From the NCBI GenBank assembly GCA_041497675.1, contig JBGQGY010000120.1, forward strand, positions 1 through 10,728: a DNA stretch of 10,728 nt, in the 5' to 3' direction. The notes below the pieces were generated by a model. The model was not told the DNA's origin, made no database searches, and was given only the letters and a program-made list of their open reading frames with translations. Source of the DNA: a bacterium (GTDB lineage Bacteria; Sysuimicrobiota; Sysuimicrobiia; Sysuimicrobiales; Humicultoraceae). Shown here piece after piece: positions 1 to 7,778 of the stretch; positions within the stretch are counted from its first letter, which is position 1; every line of letters begins with the position of its first letter. A program made the position numbers and the translations under genes.

Positions 1-1272
1 CTCAACCCCACCCTGGCGCAGCCGGACCACCACCTGGGCACGCGCGGCTTCACCGGGTCGGACAGTGTAGCCGACGGTATACTGTCCCGTCGGTCCCTCT
101 TGCATGCGCAGACTCGTGGCGGTCTGCCCCACATCGAGGAAGGCCTCACCACCGGGTGTGCCACGCATCGTGACCGTCAACGTCGCGCCGACGCCGAACG
201 GCCCTGTGGCATTCAGCCCCACGGTCTCGATGCGGACGAGAACCGGCGGGGGAACGACGGGTGGCGGGACGACGGGTGCGGCGACGACAGGCGGTGCGGG
301 CGCCCCCGGCGCCTGCGCGTGGATCTCCCAGACTTCATTGGTCTGGGGGTTCAGTCGCAGCGTCGCAATCATGCCGGGGCGGAGCGCGTCGCGACCCACC
401 TGCCGGCCGTCGAGGGTCAGGAGCACCTCGTTCGCGAGGGTCAGGGTCTGCCCTTCCGCGAGCACCAACCGCCGGCTCGTGAGACGCTCGACACGGCCGA
501 CCACGCGACGATACGACGCGCGGATCGAGGCCGCGCGCCCCTGGACGTCGATCAGGACGCGCACGAAATCCCCCCGGCGGATCTGTTCCAGAGACGCCGC
601 GCCGCCCCGGCCCGTTCCGACTTCGGTGAGAAAGATCGCGGCATCCGCCGCTACGAGAATGACGGAGACCGCACCCTGGGTGAGGACGTGGAGTCGCGGC
701 ACGGTGACGTAGGGCTCGACGCGCACTACGGTACCGTCCACCGATACCGGGGCGGGGGCGACCACCGGCGGCACGGGGGGCGGTGCCACCGGAGGCACGT
801 AGGGCGCCGGAGGCGGCGGACCGGCCTGTCCCGGTGAGGTCACGTACACGACCCGGCTCATTGACTCCCACTCGACCTTGGCACCGAGCGCCTCTCCAAC
901 AAAGCGCAGCGGCACAAGCGTGCGCCCGTTCACAATCACCGCGGGTACATCGAGGGGAACCGCGCGGTCGTCGACCCGAGCGGTGCGGTTGCCCGGCTGC
1001 AGGACGATCACGGTGGCACCACGGCGGGCGACGACAAGTCCGGGGGACGGCTGCCACTCGACCGTTGCGCCGAGTCGCTCGAAGACCCCGCGGAGCGGAA
1101 TCAGGAGCCGGCCGTCAATGATCGCCGGCGGCTGGTCAAAATCCACCATCCGCCCGTCCACGACGACCGACGCCGACTGGGCGGCAGACGCGGACTGCGC
1201 GCCCGCGAACGGCGGCTGCCAGGCGGCCAGCGCCGCGATCACGAGTAGGATTGAAACGTGGCAACGGTCCAT
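1..1272 (-). CDS. Secreted/surface protein with copper amine oxidase N-terminal (stalk) domain, Pro-rich linkers and further beta-rich domains; 3'-truncated at the window edge
   Basis: Hand translation from ATG 1272 is open to position 1 (424 codons). MDRCHVSILLVIAALAAWQPPFAGAQS is signal-peptide-like. It is followed by VVVDGRMVDFDQPPAIIDGRLLIPLRGVFERLGATVEW and LDVPAVIVNGRTLVPLRFVGEALGAKVEW, the duplicated motif typical of Cu_amine_oxidN1. Purine-rich AAGGGAAG lies upstream, and the start is 16 nt after the coaE stop. Confidence 0.85.
   Translation of the reverse strand, partial: MDRCHVSILLVIAALAAWQPPFAGAQSASAAQSASVVVDGRMVDFDQPPAIIDGRLLIPLRGVFERLGATVEWQPSPGLVVARRGATVIVLQPGNRTARVDDRAVPLDVPAVIVNGRTLVPLRFVGEALGAKVEWESMSRVVYVTSPGQAGPPPPAPYVPPVAPPPVPPVVAPAPVSVDGTVVRVEPYVTVPRLHVLTQGAVSVILVAADAAIFLTEVGTGRGGAASLEQIRRGDFVRVLIDVQGRAASIRASYRRVVGRVERLTSRRLVLAEGQTLTLANEVLLTLDGRQVGRDALRPGMIATLRLNPQTNEVWEIHAQAPGAPAPPVVAAPVVPPPVVPPPVLVRIETVGLNATGPFGVGATLTVTMRGTPGGEAFLDVGQTATSLRMQEGPTGQYTVGYTVRPGEAARAQVVVRLRQGGVE
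254..298. repeat. Three imperfect 15-nt tandem units encoding a Pro/Val-rich linker
   Basis: acgacgggtggcggg / acgacgggtgcggcg / acgacaggcggtgcg; the minus strand reads APPVVAAPVVPPPVV. Confidence 0.6.
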
Positions 1273-1288
1273 CGGATACTCGCTTCCC

Positions 1289-1918
1289 TTACGGGGTACG
1301 CGCCAGTCCTGCCTGGGGTTCCTGCCACGACTGCCACAGCCCTTCCACCAGCCTCCTGGTCGCGTCCGGCGTCCCCGAGTTGTCTATCACCCATGTGGCC
1401 TGCGAGACCTTCTCTTGCAGCGGGCGCTGGGCTCCGAGACGCTGTCGGGCAGCCTCGACGGAGATGCGGTCGCGCGCGGCCAGCCTCGCCGCCTGCGTAT
1501 CGGCATCGACGAATACGACGACGATCCCGTCCAACGGGTAGGCGTCGGCCGGCGCCGTGTCGAGCAGCAGCGGGACGTCGAGCACGACAATCGCGTCAGG
1601 TCTGGCATGCCGCACTGCCTCAACGCGCTCCGCCATGCGCCGGCGGATCCGCGGGTGGGTGATCGCGTTCAGGCGGGCACGCGCGCCGGCATCGCGAAAA
1701 ATGCGGTCGGCGAGCGCGCGTCGATCGAGCGTTCCATCGGAGCGCCGGATATCCGGGCCGAAGGCCTCGGCGATCTCGCGCAGCGCCGCGGTTCCAGGTT
1801 CAACGACGTCCCGGGCCACCGCGTCGGCATCGATAACCTCTGCCCCCAGCTCACGGAGGAACCGCGCCACCAGGCTCTTTCCGCTGGCGATGCCGCCGGT
1901 CAACCCGATGACTTTCAC
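1289..1918 (-). CDS. coaE: Dephospho-CoA kinase
   Basis: MKVIGLTGGIASGKS P-loop, IDAD, LDRRALA, LNAITHP, VLDVPLL, VIDNSG; 209 aa; ATGA overlap with the polA stop. Confidence 0.97.
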   Translation of the reverse strand: MKVIGLTGGIASGKSLVARFLRELGAEVIDADAVARDVVEPGTAALREIAEAFGPDIRRSDGTLDRRALADRIFRDAGARARLNAITHPRIRRRMAERVEAVRHARPDAIVVLDVPLLLDTAPADAYPLDGIVVVFVDADTQAARLAARDRISVEAARQRLGAQRPLQEKVSQATWVIDNSGTPDATRRLVEGLWQSWQEPQAGLARTP

Positions 1919-4545
1919 GGGACGGCGCGCATCTCGGCCCAGTTCGGGCCGGCCTTGGCCTCCGCCACCAGCGGCACGGTCAGCGGAAAGGCGTCCTGCA
2001 TCAACGCGCGGACCCGCGCCGCCGTATCGGGCACGGCCGGTTCGGGCACCTCAAAGAGCAGTTCATCGTGGATCTGGAGCGTCATACGCGCCCCTGGCGA
2101 CGCCGGCGGCATCTCGCGCGCGATCGCCAGCATGGCCAGCTTGATGATATCAGCGCTCGACCCCTGGATCGGTGTGTTGATCGCGGTGCGTTCGGCGGCT
2201 TCACGCACTGCGCGGTTGCGGCTCATCAGATCGGGAAGGTAGCGGCGGCGGTTCAAGACGGTCGTCACATACCCATCGTGGCGGGCCTGCTCCACCACGC
2301 TGAGCATATACTCGCGCACCTTCGGAAATCGGACATAGTAGGTATCGATGAACGTCCGCGCCTCCTTCCGGTCGATGCCGAGTTGTACCGCCAGACCGTG
2401 CTCGCTCATGCCGTACGCGACGCCAAACACAATGGCCTTCGCGCGGCGTCGGAGCTCCGGCGTGACGTCTTTGAGCGCGACGGCAAAGACGTCCGCGGCA
2501 ATGACGGTGTGGATATCATCGCCATGTTCGAAGGCCGCCACGAGCCCCGGATCCCGCGTGATGTGCGCCAACACCCGCAGGTCGATCTGCGAATAGTCCA
2601 CGCTCAGCAACAGCGCGCCGGGGGGCGCGACGATCGCCCGGCGGATCTTGCGACCCTCTTCGGTGCGGATCGGCACGTTCTGCAGATTGGGTGATTCGGT
2701 GATCACCCGGCCGGTGGCCGCCAGGGTCTGGTTGAACGTCGTGTGGACGCGGCGGGTGCGAGGGTCCGCCATACGGGGGAGGACATCCACATAGGTCGAC
2801 TTGAGCTTCGACAGCTCGCGGTGCTCGACGATCTTCGCGACGATCTCATGTCGCGGCGCCAGGTGCTCCAGCACCTCGGCATCGGTCGAATATCCGGTCT
2901 TGGTTTTCTTGAGCGGGGGAAGCTGCAGCTTTTCGAACAGCACGAAGGCGAGCTGCTTTGGCGAACCGATGTTGAACTCGCTGTCCGCCAGAGCGTAGAT
3001 CTCGCGCTCGAGCCCGGCAATGCGGGTACTCATCTCCTCGCCGAGGGTCTCCAGATAGGCGGTGTCCACGACCACACCGGCCTCTTCCATCCGCGCCAGG
3101 ATCCCGGCCAGCGGGATCTCGACGTCCCGGAAGAGGCCATCGACCGCCCGCTCGCGCATGCGCTCTTCCAGCAGCGGGCGGAGCCGGATCAGCGCGTCGG
3201 CCGCCTCCGCGGCGAGGGCGCCGGCGTGCGGCCGGAGGGCGTCGAGAACCTTCTCGTCCTCACGCCCGCGCAATTCAATGCCGAGGTATTCGGCGGCGGC
3301 GGTCTCGAGCGTGTGCGTGCGCTTTCCCGGGTTAAGCAGGTACGACGCGATCGCGACATCAAAGTCCAGACGCGCGGGGGTCACCCCCTCGCGGGTGAGG
3401 GTGAGCAGGTCGGCCTTGATGTCGGCGCTGATCTTGCGGACGGTGGGATCTTCGAGGATCGCGCGGACAGGCTGCGGGATCCCCCCACCGTTCAGGAGCA
3501 TCCAGGCGGCCCGACCAGGTGCGGCGAGACCCACGGCTTCCAGCGACGCGACCAGCGGATGCCCCTCGCCCCGTAGGAACATCACCCCCACCTCTGCAGA
3601 ACCCGCGGCACATCGAGCGAGGTCGGTCGGATCCGTCGCCTGGACTGTCCTCGCGGCCTCCGGCGCGGGCGGCACGACCCCACGGACCCGGTCCAGGAAG
3701 ACCCGAAACTCCAGATCACGGAACAACGTCTCGATGCGCTCGCGGTCCGGCTCGCGCCGGCGAAGCGCATCCCAGTCGATCGTGATCGGCGCGTCTGCGA
3801 CGATCGTGGCGAGTTGCTTGCTCTGCAAGACCTGGTCCCGCGCGGCCGCGAGTGCGCCGCGCACCTTCGGCGGTGCCTGATCCACATGATCGAGCAGGGC
3901 CTCGACGCTCCCGAACTGCTGGACGAGGGCTGAGGCCGTCTTTTCGCCGATCCCCGGCACGCCGGGAATGTTGTCGCTGGAATCCCCGCGCAGGCTCTTG
4001 TAGTCGGGCAGTTGGGGCGGATCGAAGCCGTACCGCTCGCGGACCTTCGCCTCATCGTACACGACCGTTTCGCTGATCCCCCGGCTGGTCACCATCACGC
4101 GGACGCCGGGCCGGACGAGCTGCAGGGTGTCGAGGTCACCGCTGACGATGAGCACGCTCAGCCCGCGCTCCAGCGCCTGGCGCGTGATCGTCGCAATGAC
4201 GTCTTCTGCCTCAAAGCCGTCCACTTCGAAGATGGGGATCCGCAGCGTGTCGAGCACTTCTTTGCTCAGCGCCACTTGTGGCCGCAGGTCGTCGGGCATC
4301 GCCTCACGGTGGGCCTTGTACGCCTTGAACTGCTTGTGGCGGAAGGTCGGCGCGGGCCGATCAAACGCGGCGCCGATGCACGCGGGCTTTTCCTCTTCGA
4401 GGACTTTCAAGACCATGGCCGTGAGACCGTAGACGGCGTTCGTCGGCCGTCCGGCCGCCGTTGTCAGATAGGGCAGCGCGTAGAAGGCGCGATAGATCAG
4501 ACCGTTGGTATCGAGGAGGACAACCGTTCCGGGCACGGGGGTCAC
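1915..4545 (-). CDS. polA: DNA polymerase I (5'-3' exonuclease, degenerate 3'-5' exonuclease and family A polymerase domains)
   Basis: LLDTNGLIYRAFYAL, PTNAVYG, GDSSDNIPGVPGIGEKTA, FNIGSPKQL, TGYSTD, PNLQNVP, motif A DYSQIDLR, motif B RRRAKAIVFGVAYG, NTPIQGSSAD, motif C QIHDEL; 876 aa. Confidence 0.98.
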   Translation of the reverse strand: MTPVPGTVVLLDTNGLIYRAFYALPYLTTAAGRPTNAVYGLTAMVLKVLEEEKPACIGAAFDRPAPTFRHKQFKAYKAHREAMPDDLRPQVALSKEVLDTLRIPIFEVDGFEAEDVIATITRQALERGLSVLIVSGDLDTLQLVRPGVRVMVTSRGISETVVYDEAKVRERYGFDPPQLPDYKSLRGDSSDNIPGVPGIGEKTASALVQQFGSVEALLDHVDQAPPKVRGALAAARDQVLQSKQLATIVADAPITIDWDALRRREPDRERIETLFRDLEFRVFLDRVRGVVPPAPEAARTVQATDPTDLARCAAGSAEVGVMFLRGEGHPLVASLEAVGLAAPGRAAWMLLNGGGIPQPVRAILEDPTVRKISADIKADLLTLTREGVTPARLDFDVAIASYLLNPGKRTHTLETAAAEYLGIELRGREDEKVLDALRPHAGALAAEAADALIRLRPLLEERMRERAVDGLFRDVEIPLAGILARMEEAGVVVDTAYLETLGEEMSTRIAGLEREIYALADSEFNIGSPKQLAFVLFEKLQLPPLKKTKTGYSTDAEVLEHLAPRHEIVAKIVEHRELSKLKSTYVDVLPRMADPRTRRVHTTFNQTLAATGRVITESPNLQNVPIRTEEGRKIRRAIVAPPGALLLSVDYSQIDLRVLAHITRDPGLVAAFEHGDDIHTVIAADVFAVALKDVTPELRRRAKAIVFGVAYGMSEHGLAVQLGIDRKEARTFIDTYYVRFPKVREYMLSVVEQARHDGYVTTVLNRRRYLPDLMSRNRAVREAAERTAINTPIQGSSADIIKLAMLAIAREMPPASPGARMTLQIHDELLFEVPEPAVPDTAARVRALMQDAFPLTVPLVAEAKAGPNWAEMRAVP

Positions 4546-4553
4546 CGCTCCAC

Positions 4554-4562
4554 AGTATAACA
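4554..4562 (-). promoter_or_regulatory. Extended -10 housekeeping promoter (TGtTATACT) for polA-coaE
   Basis: The minus strand reads TGTTATACT in the 42-nt feoB-polA spacer, with 8 nt between it and the GTG start; an AT-rich patch in GC-rich DNA. Confidence 0.65.
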
Positions 4563-4587
4563 GGCGGCCCCTGAGACTCCGCTTCTC

Positions 4588-6714
4588 CTAAACCCACCGC
4601 AGGGCGCGCACACCCTGGGCGACGGCGAACGTCACCAGGAAGGCGACGCCCAGGGGGATAAGAGCGCCCAGCAGCGTCCACTTCCGGCTCCTGGTCTCCG
4701 TCCAGATGGTCCACAGCGTCGTGGAGCAGGGGTTGTGCAGCAGCGAAAAGAGCATCAGACACGCGGCTGTGAGCAACGTCCATCCCTGCTGATCGACCAG
4801 CAGCGCCCGCAGCTCGGGGAGTCCCTGGATGTTGAGCATCGCCCCCGCGCCCGAGTAGACCATGAGGATCGTCGGCACGACGATCTCGTTTGCGGGAATC
4901 GCGACGACGTAGGCCAGGAGGATCACCCCGTCGAGCCCGATCGCGCGGCCGAGCGGATTCAGTGCCGCAGCTACCCACCCCGCCAAGCTCAGCCTGCCCC
5001 AATGGATGTTGCTCAGCAGCCAGATCACGCCGCCCGCGGGCGCGGCCATCACCACCGCCCGATAGAGCACGAACAGCGTCCGGTCGATGATCGACGTATA
5101 CAGGATCTGCAGGACGCGAGGTTTCCGATACGGCGGGAGTTCGAGCACGAAGCTGGAGGGTTCGCCCCGCAGGAGTGTCCGTGAGAGAATCGCCGACACG
5201 ACGAGCGTGACGGCCACACCGATCAGCACCACCAAGACGATGGAGCCCGCGGCGGCCGCCGCGGCATACACCGGGGGAAACGCGGCGGCGACGAACACCG
5301 ACGCCAGCATGATAAGCGTCGGGAACCGTCCGTTGCAGGGCACGAAGTTGTTCGTGAGAATCGCGATTAGGCGCTCGCGCGGTGAGTCGATCACCCGGCA
5401 GGCAATCACGCCGGCGGCGTTGCAGCCAAACCCCATCGCCATGGTCAAGGCCTGCTTCCCGTGAGCGCCCGCGGCCTTGAACAGGCGGTCCATGTTGAAC
5501 GCCACACGCGGCAGCACCCCGAGGTCTTCCATCACCGTGAAAAGCGGAAAGAAGATCGCCATCGGCGGCAGCATCACGGAGACGACCCAGGCGAGGCCTC
5601 GGTAGATACCTTCCCAGAGGAACCCCGTCAGCCAGGCCGGCACTCCGACGCGCGTGAACCACGCGCTGGCGAAGTTCTCGAAGCCGAAGAGCAGGCGCGC
5701 AATGACCTCCGATGGGTAGTTGGCTCCCGCGATGGTGACCCAGAACACTACCCCCAGGCCCAGTGCCATGATCGGAAGTCCGAAGACCGGCGAGGTCAAC
5801 AGCCGGTCGACGACGGCCCCCAGACGTTGGCGGCGTCGGCCCGTCGCGCGGACGGCTCGCGCCGCGATACGTTCGGCGTCAGCGTAGATCGCCTGCACCA
5901 GTTCATCACGGAAGGCCCGCGGGAGCGATCGCCGCTCCTGATCCGCTTGCGCCAGAATCGCCGCGGGGACCGACGTGCCGGCGGGTTCGGCCATCACAGC
6001 GCCTCCTGCGCGCTCGGCCGCTGCCGCATGACGCGTCTCCGCGAGTTCGCCGTTCACGAGCGCCTCGCGGACGCGCGTATCGCCATCCAGCAGTCGCATC
6101 GCCACCCACCGGGCATTGGGCAGGCCCGGGAAGGCCTGCGCAACCAGCGCGGCGATGTTCGTCACGGCGTGATCGAGGGCCCGGCCGGTCCGGATGCGAT
6201 GGGGCGATGTGCGCCGCTGCCCTTCCACGACCTCCGCGACGACCTGGACCAGCTGATCCAACCCCCACCGCGTGGTCGCGATGGTGGGAACCACCGGCAC
6301 ACCCAGGTCTTGGGCCAGTTGCTCGGCGTCCACGACGAGTCCCTGCCGCTGTGCTTCATCCATGAGGTTGAGGGCCACGACCGCCCGATCGGTGATCTCC
6401 AGCACCTGGAGGATCAAATTGAGGTTTCGCTCCAGGCAGGTCGCGTCCGCCACGATGATCGTGCAGTCGGGCTGGCCGAAGAGGATGAAGTCGCGAGCAA
6501 TCTCCTCATCGACCGTCGCCGACAGCAGCGAGTACGTACCTGGCAGGTCGACGAATTTGTAGCGCTTTCCCCCGTGCTCGAGCGCGCCCTCAGCGCGCGC
6601 CACCGTCTTGCCAGGCCAGTTGCCCGTGTGTTGCCGCAGGCCGGTGAGGGCGTTGAAGAGCACACTCTTGCCGGTGTTCGGATTCCCCGCCAGCGCGACG
6701 ACGTAGTTGGTCAC
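4588..6714 (-). CDS. feoB: FeoB-family divalent metal (Fe2+/possibly Mn2+) transporter
   Basis: G1 GNPNTGKS, G2 GNWPGKTV, G3 DLPGTYSL, LERNL, G4 NLMDE, gate motif GFGCNAA, FVPCNGRF, FVLELPPYR, C-terminal NPC; multiple hydrophobic helices; GTGA overlap with the upstream stop. Confidence 0.97.
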   Translation of the reverse strand: MTNYVVALAGNPNTGKSVLFNALTGLRQHTGNWPGKTVARAEGALEHGGKRYKFVDLPGTYSLLSATVDEEIARDFILFGQPDCTIIVADATCLERNLNLILQVLEITDRAVVALNLMDEAQRQGLVVDAEQLAQDLGVPVVPTIATTRWGLDQLVQVVAEVVEGQRRTSPHRIRTGRALDHAVTNIAALVAQAFPGLPNARWVAMRLLDGDTRVREALVNGELAETRHAAAAERAGGAVMAEPAGTSVPAAILAQADQERRSLPRAFRDELVQAIYADAERIAARAVRATGRRRQRLGAVVDRLLTSPVFGLPIMALGLGVVFWVTIAGANYPSEVIARLLFGFENFASAWFTRVGVPAWLTGFLWEGIYRGLAWVVSVMLPPMAIFFPLFTVMEDLGVLPRVAFNMDRLFKAAGAHGKQALTMAMGFGCNAAGVIACRVIDSPRERLIAILTNNFVPCNGRFPTLIMLASVFVAAAFPPVYAAAAAAGSIVLVVLIGVAVTLVVSAILSRTLLRGEPSSFVLELPPYRKPRVLQILYTSIIDRTLFVLYRAVVMAAPAGGVIWLLSNIHWGRLSLAGWVAAALNPLGRAIGLDGVILLAYVVAIPANEIVVPTILMVYSGAGAMLNIQGLPELRALLVDQQGWTLLTAACLMLFSLLHNPCSTTLWTIWTETRSRKWTLLGALIPLGVAFLVTFAVAQGVRALRWV

Positions 6715-7760
6715 CGGAGGGCGACCTCCCCCGCGGGCGATTTCTCAGAGACCACCTGCCGGCGCACGAGGATCTGCGCCGCCTGTTCTCGCCGCAACGC
6801 GACGAGAGTTCCGCGCACCCGGTACGCCACAGGATCGCCGAGCGCGCTGCGCATCTCGACCTGGACGCCCACACCGGGTGTCAGTCCCATATCCATGAAG
6901 CGGCGGCGTACCAGGCCGGTGTTCTTGAGCGCCAGCACTATCGCCCGCTCGCCCGGCACCAGCGCCGACAATGGTTCGGCCTGCGGTTCGGCTGGTGCGA
7001 GACCGACGAGGATGCTCGCCGCGACGACATGGGGGAGCCAGCAATCATGTGTCGAGGTCCGGAGGTGGAGTCCCTTACCGTCGGCCTCAAGCGGCGTGAC
7101 GTCGAGGCCGGGCACCAGGCCCTCGGACAGAATACGGGAGAACACCGAGGGCGGTTCGTCCTCAACATGCACGATCCGGGCGAGACGGCCCACCGGCCAC
7201 TCAATCAGCGGCGTCACGTCCTGCCGTTGCAGGTCGCCCCCGGCGCTCGGGATGGGATCTCCGTGAGGATCGTAACGCGGGTGGCCCATCTGGGTGTCAA
7301 GGCGGTCTACCTGCTGGGCGCTGAGGTCGTGCTCCTGGGTTTCGGCCAGCGCGTGGATGTCTTGCAGGGCGGTCCCAACCTCATCGACGAGGTAGCGCTC
7401 CCAGATCCGGTGCGCACGGATGATCTGGAGCGCCAGCGATTGGCCGGCCGGGGTGAGCACGAGACCGCTGCCGGTCACCCGCACCAGACGCGCCCGTTCC
7501 ATGGCGGCAATCAGGTCGACGGTCCTCCCGCGAGCCAGACCCAACGCACCCGCCAGAGACTCGGGCGTCGCAGGCGTTTCGCGGTGCTGCGGATCGTAGA
7601 TGTGCTTGAGCGCGTCCTCCAAATCGATACGCCGCTGACGCTCCCGTGCTCGCTGAACCCACGGGCGCAGACGCCAGCGTAACAGCAGGAGGGCACCCAC
7701 CAGCAGCAGTGCGCCGAGCGCAAGCACCGTCACGGCCATCTGTGTCCCGACCCACAGCAT
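6711..7760 (-). CDS. DtxR/MntR-family metal-dependent regulator with an N-terminal transmembrane helix and two C-terminal FeoA/SH3-like domains (true start may be ATG 7739)
   Basis: EDALKHIY, winged HTH region, LTPAG, IRAHRIWERYL, HALAETQEH, HPRYDPHGDPIP; SH3-like domain (EGLVPG); canonical FeoA (RRRFMDMGLTPG...SALGDPVAYRVRGTLVALRREQA). Confidence 0.92.
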   Translation of the reverse strand: MLWVGTQMAVTVLALGALLLVGALLLLRWRLRPWVQRARERQRRIDLEDALKHIYDPQHRETPATPESLAGALGLARGRTVDLIAAMERARLVRVTGSGLVLTPAGQSLALQIIRAHRIWERYLVDEVGTALQDIHALAETQEHDLSAQQVDRLDTQMGHPRYDPHGDPIPSAGGDLQRQDVTPLIEWPVGRLARIVHVEDEPPSVFSRILSEGLVPGLDVTPLEADGKGLHLRTSTHDCWLPHVVAASILVGLAPAEPQAEPLSALVPGERAIVLALKNTGLVRRRFMDMGLTPGVGVQVEMRSALGDPVAYRVRGTLVALRREQAAQILVRRQVVSEKSPAGEVALR

Positions 7761-7762
7761 AG

Positions 7763-7778
7763 TTTAGTGGAGACTAAA
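7763..7778. promoter_or_regulatory. Probable DtxR/MntR-family operator palindrome TTTAGT-GGAG-ACTAAA
   Basis: Perfect 6-bp AT-rich inverted repeat of TTTAG-N6-CTAAA form immediately upstream of the regulator gene. It overlaps the -10-like hexamer TAAACT (7766-7761, minus strand). Confidence 0.75.

Noticed and set aside
244..300. Short repeats as a CRISPR array or non-coding repeat
   Set aside because: In-frame 15-nt degenerate units with no spacers, fully explained by a Pro/Val protein linker.
878..2242. 454-aa plus-strand ORF (also 100..837, 104..712 and minus-strand 335..1057)
   Set aside because: Antisense or off-frame shadows of the stalk-domain gene, coaE and polA; Arg/Ser/Ala-rich with no motifs, as expected in high-GC DNA.
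5461..7266. 601-aa plus-strand ORF
   Set aside because: Lies antisense to feoB and the regulator; no recognisable domain.
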